From Squalus acanthias (Eukaryota), in NCBI GenBank assembly GCA_030390025.1, contig CM059432.1:113710001-113774000 (forward strand): a stretch of DNA of 64,000 nt, written 5' to 3'. Made by a program: the position numbers and the translations under genes. Every line of letters starts with the position of its first letter. The stretch's first letter is position 1. Of the stretch, positions 51,066 through 63,170 are shown piece by piece. The notes beneath the pieces were generated by a model. It searched no databases. It was not told the DNA's origin and saw only the letters and a program-made list of their open reading frames with translations.

Positions 51066-52519
51066 GGACATAATAGACTTGTTAGCAAAATTAAAGCCCA
51101 TGGGATTAAAGGGACAGTGGCAGCATGGATACAAAATTGTCTAAGGGACAGGAAGCAGAGAGTAGTGGTGAACGGTTGTTTTTCAGACTGGAGGGAAGTA
51201 TGCAGTGACAAGTTGTTGTGATCTGGGACACACTGCCTGAAAGAATGGTTGAAGCAGATTCAGTAGTGACATTCAAAAGGGAATTGGATAAATACATGAA
51301 GTGAAATAATTGACAAGAGTATGGGGACAGAGCCGGGGAGTGGGACTAATTGGATATCTCTTTCAAAGAGCCGGCACAGGCACAATGGCCCAAATGACCT
51401 CCTGTGCTGTATCATTCTATGATTCTATGTTGTAATTATGCACAGCTACCAGTGAACTGTCAGAATGCCACTTCCTCCTTTATTCGGTCTAATTCACTGC
51501 CAGTGGTAAATTAAGCAGCCAATGGAACATATCAAGAAATAATGCAAAAATAACAACAGAAAATGCTGGAAACACTCAGCAGGTCAGGTAGCATCTGTAG
51601 ACGTTTCAGGTCAGTGACCCTTCGTCAGAACCAGCTGCCTGACCTGCTGACTGTTTCCAGCATTTTCTGTTGTTGTTTCAAATTTCCAGCAGCCGCAGTA
51701 TTTTGCTATTGTGTGAAGAAATAATGCAGAGAGTGTGACTAAATGAAAGAGAGTGCAAATATTGCAAACTGGTCCTTTTATAAGTAGACAGTCTATAATA
51801 ATGATCTACTGGTAAAACGTATTGCCAAACTAGCTATAAAATCTGAAAAATCTAGAAATGCACAGCAGATCTGTCAAAGAGAGATTAATGTGTCGGATGG
51901 AGACCCTTCATCAAAACAACACGTAAGTAAATATATGTAGTGCTAAATGTTAACTTAGAATGAAAGTTGACAAAATATTAGCTTCCAACATGTCAGATCT
52001 TGAGCACTAATTGTAGAATGTATCTACCATCCTGTGTTGAATACAGTAAAGGTTACGTGCCATTTGTGACCTCATAGGGGCCACCAGATACCATACTTGA
52101 CTATCGAGGGCGTACATTTTAATTGAAGATGTATCTGGTGGTACCTCACTGGTTAAAACCTATTCTGTGAAGAATGACACTGCACTAACCTAGTCATGTA
52201 GAGCTTGTATCACTGTGCATTGATGATTTATGACTTTACTATTTCGATTTGTCTCATTTGAAGAATCTGTAGCTCCCCCTGGCTAATTCCAGATCAAAGC
52301 AGCACTGATGGAGGAAATTGCTGAGTGGAAGCTAGGTGTGATTCTTTCACAGAGAGTGAGTAATAAAAGGCCAGTTGAATAGAGGCTGTTTGGCAGCATA
52401 GAAAGAGGACTAGAACAGATCACCTTCCTCCCCTTTTAACTGGGAAATGGTGCATGGACCAGCGGAACTAAAGAAGGGCAAGAAAAAGAACTATTCTGGA
52501 CTATTTAATATACACAGTT

Positions 52520-54734
52520 ACCATGAAATTCGGCACCTTGGCATCGGCTGTTAAGGCCGGTTTCGACATAAAAATGGCCGCGTCCTGCAGCGGGCGCCGT
52601 TGTGGGCAGGTCGGCCACGCGCCCGTTGCCTGCGTTCTCTAGAAAAATGGTAATGAGGCAGATTGTGACACTAATCAGCGTGCAACACTGATTTGATGCA
52701 CAACCTGCTACTTTGGACATCGCCACACGAATGTACACCCTCTCCAAAGATGCACAGCTAAACGTGCGTTCAGCTGCATGACGGACCCCCCTCACGCAAC
52801 TTTGAGGTAAGTTTACATTTTTGCTTTTGTACTGGTTCCTGTACAATTTATTTGAGTAGTGGCTTGGTGTAAGCCATTTAAAAAGTTGTTAAAGTGTGAA
52901 GGGAGTGCAGAGAGTGCTGCTCAACGCTTGCAAGGTTTTGGCTCTTAAAGGAAGGCCTCTGAGAACACCACTTGCTCCCAGTCCTGGGGACTCTAGTTGC
53001 AGTCCCTATTTGGCTGCAGCATGACAGGGAGATGGAGCAGAGCTAGCAAAGGGGAAAAACTGCTCGCAGAGGGAAGAGGAGGAGGCAGAAGAGGCGGAAG
53101 CGAAGGGGAGGAGGTTAAAGCGGAGGAGGAGAAAGCAGAAGTAAGGAGGCAACCCAGACAGCCCCTTGCCGGGATATCCAGGATTGAATCATCAGTGAAC
53201 ACAACCCCAATTCTCCATTCAAAATTTGTCCCACACCTTACCTTCCCTCAGTTACTGACCATCACAGCGTCCTCTTGACCACAGTACTGAAATAAAAGAC
53301 ACCACAAAGCAAACATTCCAATCCAACTTTATCCATATATGCATCCAATATTACATCAAAAAATCAACTAATAACCCTTGTGTATTTCCTTAGTGACTGT
53401 CTTGCGTGTGCCTTTGCCTATCCTAGTGCTCCTACGCAGTGCTACCCCAGTGGCTGCAGCATGGTTGGTGGAAGGCTGCTGACTTTCAGTGGGGGACACT
53501 GCAGATGGCCTTGCAGGACGACCTCTAGGAGCTGGTGGCTGGGAGTGTGAAATCGAATGTCAGTGTTGTTTCTTCTTCTTCTCTCCTCTCCCTCTTCTTG
53601 TTCAACCACTGGCTGGGCAGGCTGGATTTCATGGGTGTCTGAAATGAGAAAGGCACAAAGGTGGAGTTGTGGTAAGGGGAGTGGGGGAAAGCAAGAGCTG
53701 CCTGCTTACAACATGTGCAGCTTGTAAATCAGAAGAGATTGTGGGATGAGGGGGAAGTGGGATGTGAGAAGGAGGGTAACATATGAGGATACCAGCATCT
53801 TGTATTATTTCACCTGCAGGCTCAGCCATGCCCCTGCCAAGAATGGCCAGCACCGTCAAGGGGGTGAGGTGATGCAGGCGAGCCTGTCCTTTGCTGGTCT
53901 GCTGGTGCTGGTTATGCACCCCCTTTTCCTGCAAGAGAAGGGCAGTGTGTCAGTGAGTGTGGTGCAATGTGTTTGGGTGATGTAGCTGTCATGGTTGAAT
54001 AGCTGGCAGTGTGTGCAAGCTGTGAGATGTGGGTGTGAGGCTTGCAGCAGTGGTAAGTGTGTGCGGGTGAGGTGAAGCTAGGAATGTGAGGTGTGCCTCG
54101 TGTTTGGCAGAGATTGTTGGTAGGTGAGTGATGGGGTGTCGTGCAATGAGCGGTGTCTGAGGCTAGTGGTGCAATTGTTAGGAGACGGCTTTTGAAGATG
54201 CATTCACTGACCTTGACCACTGGTCTGTGGTTATTAAACTTCTTTGGGCACTGGAGCCAGGTGGTGGGAACGACACTGTTGGCAGTGACCACCTCTGCGA
54301 TCTAGTCCCACATCCTTCTTACAGTGTTTCTGGAGGGCCTCCTGGTCTCCTGTGGGTAGAGCTTCTCTCTTCAAGTGTTCACCCCCTGCACAAAGACCTC
54401 GAGTGCTGTGACCGAGACCCTGGCTGACTTTCCCTGGCCTGTTGATCCATTTGGGTTTGTGCTGAAGCAAAGTTTTTGATCACCAGAAGGCAGCTCAGCT
54501 TTAAGAGGTGCAGGCTAGCTTTAAGAGGTGCAGGCTAGCTTTAAGTAAAGCTAGCCTCACGCGAACATCGCGAAGTTCGGCCCCCTGCTGAGCACACAGC
54601 CTGTCAGCAGCGCTGGGCCATGCGCTGTAATCATGCACGCTGTACGTGCTGCCTGAACTCCTTTCAACGGGTGCGGGCAGATTGATCATCGCGATCTCCG
54701 CGCTGGTTTTTGTGCTGAATCAAATTTCACCCCC
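52520..54734 (-). mobile_element. Degenerate Harbinger derivative, same family as 18870-20992, opposite orientation
   Basis: Shares sequence such as VTANSVVPTTWLQCPKKFN, VLAILGRGMAEP and CAGCCTGCCCAGCCAGTGGTTGA with the 19.3-20.4 kb region; boundaries approximate. Confidence 0.7.
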
Positions 54735-55042
54735 ATTTTATAGAAATAGCATCAGTAAAATAATTTGTGCCAAGAATTACTATTTGTATTATTGTATTAA
54801 ACACCACAGTCTCCCATCATAGGCCATAGTTGTATTTAGAAACACGAATATCTGAAGAGTTTTACTCACTATTCTCAATGCCTACCTTGATATGATGGTG
54901 CTTTCGTTAACGGGAATTAATTCAAACCATCAAGAATAGAATCACATGGGGGAGTTTTTACTTACCGACTTACCAATGTCTGGGTTTCCCCGCATGCTGC
55001 TGAGATTTAACTCCACAGCGTGCATCTTTCATCATTGAGAAT

Positions 55043-56270
55043 ATAAGAACATAAGAATTAGGAGCAGGAGTAGGTCATACGGCCCCTCGAGCCTGCTCCG
55101 CCATTCAATAAGATCATGGCTGATCATCGACCTCAACTCCACTTTCCTGCCCGATCCCCATATCCCTGGATTCCCCTAGAGTCCAAAAATCTATCTCAGC
55201 CTTGAATAGACTCAAAGACTCAGCATGCACAGCCCTCTGAGGCAGAGAATTCCAAAGATTTACAACCCTCTGAGTGAAGAAATTCCTCCTCATCTCAAAT
55301 GGCCAACCCCTTATCCTGAGACTATGCCCCCTAGTTCTAGACTCTCCAGCCAGGGGAAACAACCTCAGCATCTACCCTGTCAATCCCCTTCAGAATCTTG
55401 TATGTTTCAATGAGATCACCACTCATTCTTCTAAACTCCAGAGTATAGGCCCAATCTACTCAATCTCTCCTCATAGGACAACCTTCTCATCCCAGGAATC
55501 AATCTGGTGAACCTTTGTTGCACCGTCTCTAAGGCAAGTATATCCTTCCTTAGATAAGGAGACCAAAACTGTGCACAGTACTCCAGGTTTACCATCACTT
55601 CCTTGCTTTTGTACTCTATAACTCTCTAAAACCAAGGATCCCATATGCTTTTTAACAGCCTTCTCTACTTTACTTGCCACCTTCAAAGATTTATGTACGC
55701 AAACCCCCAGGTCTCCCTGTTCCTGCCCCCCCCCCTTTAAAATGGTATCATTTAATTTATACTGCCTCTCCTCATTCTTCCTTTCAACATGCACCACTTC
55801 ACACTTCTCTACATTAAATTTCATCTGCCATGTGTCTGCCCATTTCACCAGTCTGTCTATATCTCCTGAAGTCTGCTGCTATCCTCTGCACTGTTTAGTT
55901 CTAAGCTTTGTGTCAGCTGTAAGGAGAAGTGATGCATTTTGGTATGAAAAACAGAAACGTCACCTACATCGTACAAAATAAGAAACTGAATGGGGTAAAA
56001 TTATTTATTTCTAGGGATAGAGAATTCAAAAGTAGTGAAGTTTTGTTAAACTTGTACAGGACCCTGGTCAGGCTGCACTTGGAGTACCGAGCACAGTTCT
56101 GGTCTCCATACTATAAAAAGGACATAGAAGCATTGGAGAAAGTGCAAAAACGATATACAAGGATGGTACCAGAACTGAGAGATTACAGCTATTGGGAAAG
56201 ATTGAACAAGTTGGGGCTTTTTTCTTTAGAAAAGAGAAGACTCAGAGGTGACCTGATAGAGTCTTTAAAA
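55043..56270. mobile_element. Cluster of CR1 fragments (minus 55043-55915, plus 55925-56270)
   Basis: WQMKFNVEKCEV, RVVNLWNSLP and LGLFSLEKRRLRGDLIE motifs. Confidence 0.85.
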
Positions 56271-56529
56271 TGTGACGAAGGGTCATCGACCTGAAACGTT
56301 AACTCTGTTTCTCTCTCCACAGATGCTGCCTGACCTGCTGAGTATCTCCAGCATTTTCTGTTTTTATTTCAGATTTTCAGCATCCGCAGTATTTTGCTAT
56401 TGCACACATCAACTGCACGACCTTCATCAACCCTCTTTGTTATTTCATACCATGGTTCATGTTGCGTAGTTTTAAAATCAACGCCACTATTTAATTAAAT
56501 ATGTCTCCAAACAAAATTGTTATTTCTAG

Positions 56530-56686
56530 GGAAGGTTGTCTTTGGGGAACCCATTGCAGCCAGTCTAGGGACAGATGGGACTCATTATTGGGACAAAGAC
56601 TGGCGCAAAGCCGCAGGATTTGTCATGGGACCTCCACTAAGACCTGACCCCACAACACCAGGATACCTCATGGACCTGCTGGCGAA
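56530..56686 (+). CDS. DPYS: Dihydropyrimidinase, exon equivalent to human exon 5 (157 nt)
   Basis: tatttctag|GG and GCGAA|gtgagt; phase 1 start matches the previous exon. (G)[51 protein letters not shown](N). Not in the ORF track. Confidence 0.95.
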
Positions 56687-57299
56687 GTGAGTATTGTGAA
56701 ATCACACTTCATTGAGGGGTAACTGTGAATATTAACTTTACTTGAAGAATGAAATTGAAGACTATAGCACTTCGATATCAGCAATCTTAATCGCTGTTGA
56801 TGTTCCTACTTATTAAGTAACACAGTCAACTGTATTGTGATTACTGTGATCTTCTAAACTATAGAAAAAGTAATGCAGGCTAATGTTTCAGAAAATCATT
56901 AGAAATAGAACTAATTGAAAATCTGGGCTGGGAGTTAATTAGATTTCTCCTATTAAGTGAATAACATTCATTCTCATTTGTTATACTGTGTGTAAGATGC
57001 TTCCTGAGTGAAAAGGACATTTCCATTTATAAAGGATAAGTTGCTGGCCACTGTGATTGTGAGGATTTATGAGGACTGCGGTCTCCCGGATTTTCACTTG
57101 ATTGCCTTAGAGAGTCAGAGCAGGATTTCTTGGAGTTTTTCCTGAATTGGCTACAGGTTTTACTCTCTGGGTATTTGCCTCCCCCAGGAGATTGAGTGGT
57201 TAGGAAAGGAGCTATTGTTGTGCGTAGCTGTAGGTTAAATGGACCTGGTGGTCTTCTCCCACCCTTCTAAGTGTCTTGTGAAACAGGGGGAAAAATTAA

Positions 57300-57707
57300 A
57301 GAAACACTTGCATTTATATAGCACCTTTCACGACCACCGGACATCCCAAAGCATTTTACAGCCAATTAAGTACTTTTTGAAGTGTCGTCACTGTTGTAAT
57401 GTAGGAAACCCGGCAGCCAATTTGTACACAGCAAGATCCCACAAACCACCATGTGATAATGACCAGATAATCTGTTTTAGATGTTGATTGAAGGATAAAT
57501 ATCAGCCAGGACACCTCCCCTGCTCTTCTTCAAAATAGGATCTTTACATCCACCTGAGAGAGAAGACAGGGCCTCGGTTTAATGTTTCATCCGAAAGACG
57601 GTACACTCCGACAGTACTACACTAGAGTGTCAGTCTCAAGTCGGGCTTGAACCCACAACCTGCTGACCCACAAGCGAGGGTGCTACCCACTGAGCCACAG
57701 CTGACAC
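57300..57707 (-). mobile_element. Same SINE family (other copies near 3715-4025, 7895-8160, 16235-16352 and 21600-22925, the last split by a MITE)
   Basis: Reverse-complement homology to 63171-63638. Confidence 0.8.
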
Positions 57708-58297
57708 GGTTATTGGGCTGTTGAGGCAGAACCAACCATTTGGTCTTTTCCTTGCACTGTAAAAAATAAAAGTCCTGTGACTCCCATTCTCAATTCTTTT
57801 TCTTTTGCTATTGGCCCCTGTCAGATTATACTTACTCCACACTGAGAAAAAACCTTTTCAGCCCAAAGTAATTCTCTTGGCTTTTGTTTTGTCATGATTT
57901 ATTGGGGAAAGTTTTATCCCCCGAAGAGGGACGGGTTAAAATTTCAAAAATAGGAAACCCGCCTCCAATGCGCCCATTTGCAGTTTTAATAGAGGTGGGT
58001 TGGGGTGGGGTGGGGGGCGGGTGATTAACCTGCTCTCTAGAGGTGGATCCATAATTTAAGTATTTTAATGAGGCTGTGTTCCTCAGATTTTACCACAGTT
58101 TTAAATTTAAGTGCTGCGGGCTGGGTTTCCCAGGGCTCGGGAAATCCGGCAGCTGAAGGAAGGCGAGAACAGCCCAATCCAATAACTAAGTGCTTTTTAT
58201 AGCACTGCTTGTGGACCAGGTAGAGCGGGAGTGCTTCCTCCCCGGCCCCTCAAGCTATCTTGCTTCCCTCTCCGCGATCGGACCCCCCCGATCGAAT

Positions 58298-60657
58298 CTT
58301 AGACTGGGTATTATGTAATGAGAAAGGATTAATTGGAATCTTGTTGTGCGAGTCTCCTTGGGGAGGAGCGATCATAATATGATAGAATTCTTCATTAAGA
58401 TGGAGAGTGAAGTAGTTGACTCAGAGACTAGGGCCCTGAATTTAAATAAAGGAAACTACGATGGTATGAGGCGCGAGTCGGCGAGGATGGATTGGGGAAT
58501 GTTACTTAAAGGGTTGACAGTGGATAGGCAATGACAAACATTTAAAGATCGCATGGAAGAACTACAGAATTTGTTCATCCCTGTTTGGCATAAAAATAAA
58601 ACATAAAAGGTGAGTCAGCCATGGCTAACAAGGAAAATTAGGGATAGCATAAGATCCAAGGAGAGGACATATAAATTGGCCAGAAAAAGCAGCAAACCTG
58701 AGGATTGGGAGCAGTTTAGGATTCAGCAAAGGAGGACAAAGGGATTAATTAAGAGGGGGGAAATAGAGTATGAGAATAAGCTTGCAGGGAACATAAAAAC
58801 TGACTGTAAAAGCTTCTATAGATATGTGAAGAGAAAAAGATTGGTGAAGTCAAGCATAGGTCCCTTGCAGTCAGAATCAGGGGAATTTATAATGGGGAAC
58901 AAAGAAATGGCAGACCAATTAAATACATACTTTGGTTCTGTCTTCACAAAGGAGGACACAAATAATCTCCCAGAGATGTCGGGGAACATAGGGTCTAATG
59001 AGAGGGAGGAATTGAATGAAATCAGTATTTGTAGGGAAATTGTGTCAGGGAAATTGACGGGATTGAAGGCCGATAAATTCCCAGGGCCTGATAATCTACA
59101 TCCTAGGGTACTTAAGGAAGTGGCCCTAGAAATAGTAGATGCATTGCTGGTCGTCTTCCAAAATTCTATAGACTCTGGAACAGTTCCCATGGATTGGAGG
59201 GTGGCTAATGTAACCCCACTATTTAAAAAAGGTGGTAGAGAGAAAACGGGGAATTATAGACTGGTAAGCCTGACATCGGTAGTGGGGAAAATGTTAGAGT
59301 CCATTATAAAAGATGTAATAGCAGAGCACTTGGAAAACAGTGACAGGATCGGACAAAGTCAACATGGATTTACAAAAGGTAAATCATGCTTGACTAATCT
59401 ACTGGAATTTTTTGAGGATGTAACTGGTAGAATAGATAAGGGAGAACCAGTGGATGTGGTGTATTTGGACTTTCAGAAGGCTTTCGATAAGGTCCTGCAT
59501 AAGAGATTAGCGTGCAAAGTTAAAGCACATGGGATGGGGGTAAGGTACTGACTTGGTTAGAAAACTGGTTGGCAGACAGGAAGCAAAGAGTTGGAATAAA
59601 CGGATCTTTTTCCGAGTGGCAGGCAGTGACTAATGGGGTACCGCAGGGATCGGTGCTAGGACCCCAGTTATTCACAATATATATTAATGATCTAGACAAG
59701 GGAACTAGATGTAATATCTCCAAGTTTACAGACGACAGAAAGCTGGGTGGGCGTGTGTGTTGTGAGGGGGATGCAGAGAAACTCCAGTATGATTTGGACA
59801 GGTTGGGTGATTGGTCAGATGCATGGCAGATGCAGTATAATGTGGATAAATGCGAGGTTATCCACTTTGGTGGCAAAAACAGGAAGACAGATTATTATCT
59901 GAACGGCAATAGATTGGGAAAAGGGGAAGTGCAACGAGACTTGGGTGTCCTTGTGCACCAGTCGCTGAAGGTAAGCATGCAGGTGCAGCAGGCGGTTAAG
60001 AAGGCAAATGGTATGTTGGCCTTCATAGCGAGAGGATTCGAGTACAGGAGCAAGCATGTCTTGCTGCAGTTGTACAGGGCCTTGGTGAGACCACACCTTC
60101 AGTATTGTGTGCAGTTTTGGTCGCCTTATCTGAGGAAGGATGTTCTTGCCATGGAGGGAGTGCAGCGAAGATTCACCAGACTGATACCTGGGATAGCAGG
60201 AATGACGTATGAAGAGAGATTGGGTCGATTGGGCTTGTATTCCCTAGAGTTTAGAAGAATGAGAGGGGATCTCATTGAAACTTATAAAATTCTAACAGGA
60301 CTAGACAGACTAGATGCAGGAAGGATGTTCCCGATGGCGGGGGAGTCCAGAACCAGAGGTCACAGTCTAAGGATAAGGGGTAAGCCATTTAGGACTGAGA
60401 TGAGGAGGAATTTCTTCACCCAGAGAGTGGTGAACCTGTGGAATTCTCTACCACAGAAGACAGTTGAGGCCAAGTCAGTAAATATATTCAAGAAGGAGTT
60501 AGATATATTTCTTAAGGCTAAAGGGATCAAGGGATATGGGGAGAACGCAGGGACAGGGTACTGAATTTGGATGATCAGCCATGATCGCATTGAATGGTGG
60601 AGCAGGCTCGAGGGGCCGAATGGCCTACTCCTGCTCCTATCTTCTATGTTTTCTATG
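58298..60657 (+). mobile_element. Young CR1, 5'-truncated; ORF2 broken by a stop near 58534 and a frameshift near 59540
   Basis: ORFs 58610-59551 and 59569-60564 with the full RT motif set; TTCTATG tail. Confidence 0.95.
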
Positions 60658-60788
60658 AATCCCTGACCCACGATCACACCCCCGATCTTAAATCCAAGAT
60701 CTCACCCCCAACCTTGCATCCACAATTTCTCCAAGACCTTTCCGATCCCACCACCCCCCCCACACCGACCTTTCCGATCGTCCACTGA

Positions 60789-61027
60789 CCTCTCCGATCT
60801 CCCCCTGTCCCCTCCTTCCGCATCTCTGATCTCCCCCTGTCCCCTCCTTCCGCCTCTCTGATCTCCCCCCGTCCCCTCCTTCCGCCTCTCCGATCTCCCC
60901 CCGTCCCCTCCTTCCGCCTCTCCGATCTCCCCCCGTCTCCTCCTTCCACCTCTCCGATCTCCCCCCGTCTCCTCCTTCCACCTCTCCGATCTCCCCCCGT
61001 CCCCTCCTTCCGCCTCTCCGATCTCCC
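60789..61027. repeat. 32-bp pyrimidine-rich minisatellite, about 7.5 copies
   Basis: Unit CCTCTCCGATCTCCCCCCGTCCCCTCCTTCCG with minor variants. Confidence 0.95.
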
Positions 61028-61913
61028 TCCCACGCCTCTGTGGCCTTTACGATCGCTCCCTCCTTACCTCCCTCCTCTCTTCTCCCCGGCTGAAGCCTAC
61101 CAGTGCAGGCCTTCCCTCAATCTGGCTGGCTGCTGGCCGGGAAATGGAAAAAATATGTAATGAGGTCCCGCCATTAAATTCGGCATGACCTCCGGGTTCT
61201 CCGCATTTCTGTGCTTCCTCCACCACTGCTCCCTCCCCATAACTATCGGGGCCGTTATATTTCTGAATTTTTTTAACAAGTTTCAAATAACGCATTGACT
61301 GCAGGGCATTCAACTCCATTACTGATAGCCACATATGCGACTTCAGGTACCTTGTCCTTGACTAAAATAATTGTGGAAAATCTGTGAAGGCACGAGCGTA
61401 GCCTGCGCCCAGACCCAATGTACAATTCCCAGTGGGGCGGTCACTGGCTTTCCGGCTGGCATGTCTTGTTATAACACATTATAACCCGTTGTCCTGTCAG
61501 CCATTTTGCCAGCTCATCTCACCCACCGTTGTGAAGTGCAGCTATTGAGGGGCCTCCCTCCTTATTCCAGCCCTTACTTCACTTTTGTCCCAAGGCGCTT
61601 ATCTGACTCCTAATTGCTGCTGGCTTTGTCCCAGTAATACCAAATATTCTCGGACACGTTTATACTTTTTATTCCACGTTCAATCTTACCGGCTAAATTG
61701 GTAGCAGGGAAAAGAGAGAGCGAAATGGGGCAGAAACAGAAAGAGCGGGATAGACTTAGATAAGACATCAGGGTGAGTGAAAAATTGGGGAGAGAAAAAT
61801 AGGGAGAGCCATCATTGAATCATAAAATCATAGAATGATACAGCACAGAAGGAAGTCATTACCAACTCGATGGAACTTGAATTCTGACAAAGGATCTACA
61901 CTTAAAACATTAA

Positions 61914-62799
61914 GGGGAAAAATTCAGTATCGCCCCGTTTGGGGCGCAATTATCGACCAGGCGCAAAGATTAGCGCTTGGCGCTAATTATCACCTTCAAC
62001 TGCAAACTTGACTTTTATCGCCCCTGGAGGTGATTGGAGCGCTAAATCAGGCGCTACACATCTGTCTTAAGGTGCAAAGGCCGAGGAGCGAGGTGCTAAC
62101 TCAGAGCGCTGGCGAAGCTCATATGATGTCAGTCAGCAATGGAACACAGACACAATGGCCTCGGCCAGTTCTTAAAGGGGAGGGTTGATCTTGCTTTCCA
62201 TCCACATCCTGCTCATTGCAGCCTTGAATCTCGGCCTGGAGAGACCTGTACATCAAATCTGCTGGAAAGAACAATGGAGAGGACCAGGCAAAGAGCTCAG
62301 AGTGCAGCCCCCACAGTCTCTTCTAAATCGATACAAGGAAGGGCAAATCGAAATGAACCTGCAAAGTGCTGCTCAGTACACAAAACTCCTTCACACAGCG
62401 TTGAATCTCTCCAGAAGTCTCTCTCTCTCAGAATGCGTGGTTCAAAAATGTCGCCAACAAAAAAAGGCAGGAAGCGGTCACCTTTAAATAGCACTCCCCC
62501 AGTCCCTTCCTGACTGCAAAACGCTCCCCTTAACCTGTCGTTGCTAGCGGCAGGCGGTAAGGCAGGGGGCGCCACTCAATATCTGCTCCGGGGCACTACC
62601 GGGGCATTGCGCACTCGACTGATGTCACGATCTGCCGGCGCAGGAGATCGTGGCGGTACTGTTTAGCGCCGCCGCAAAATGTCTAGTTAATTTCGCGAGC
62701 GGCGCAAACATCGCTGCGCCCTGGCGCTAGTTGCTTTGCGACCCATTAGCGCCCTCTTAAGGCGCTAACGGGAGGCGCAACCAACTGAATTTTTCCCCC
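61914..62799 (+). mobile_element. Non-autonomous Harbinger (MITE-like deletion derivative)
   Basis: GGGGAAAAATTCAG ... CTGAATTTTTCCCCC TIRs; TAA TSD (61911-61913, 62800-62802); both ends homologous to the autonomous element. Confidence 0.93.
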
Positions 62800-63170
62800 T
62801 AAACTTTTCTCTGTGCAGAACCTGTGTACTTTCTGTGTATTTCCAGCATCCGTCATTTAAAAAAAAATATCTATGCTATATTTAAAGGGGGAGTGTTTTA
62901 GGATGATAATAGGCCCAGAAAGTAGAAAATTGTTCTGATGCCCAGCACAAACATCCCTCACTACAAAGCAGTGAGAAAAAAGCTGCAACTAAGCTTCCTG
63001 TTGTTGTTCCTGTTTGGATTAATTGATTAACACAAAGTCCTGTTATATAAGCAATAGAGCTGGGGGCAACCAATGGTAGACATTCGCATATCAGGACTGA
63101 GGATGCCATTATTGACCAGTTAAGGAGCTAAGCTGAAATTGGCAACAATTTGCATGTTTCAGGGCAGTGG

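Noticed and set aside
54497..54545. 20-bp tandem duplication AGCTTTAAGAGGTGCAGGCT
   Set aside because: Local slippage inside a decayed transposon; no evidence of function.
58610..60564. Active autonomous CR1
   Set aside because: 5'-truncated, upstream stop, frameshift near 59540 and FADD changed to FTDD.
60674..61033. Arg/Gly/Glu-rich ORFs
   Set aside because: Translation of the 32-bp minisatellite.
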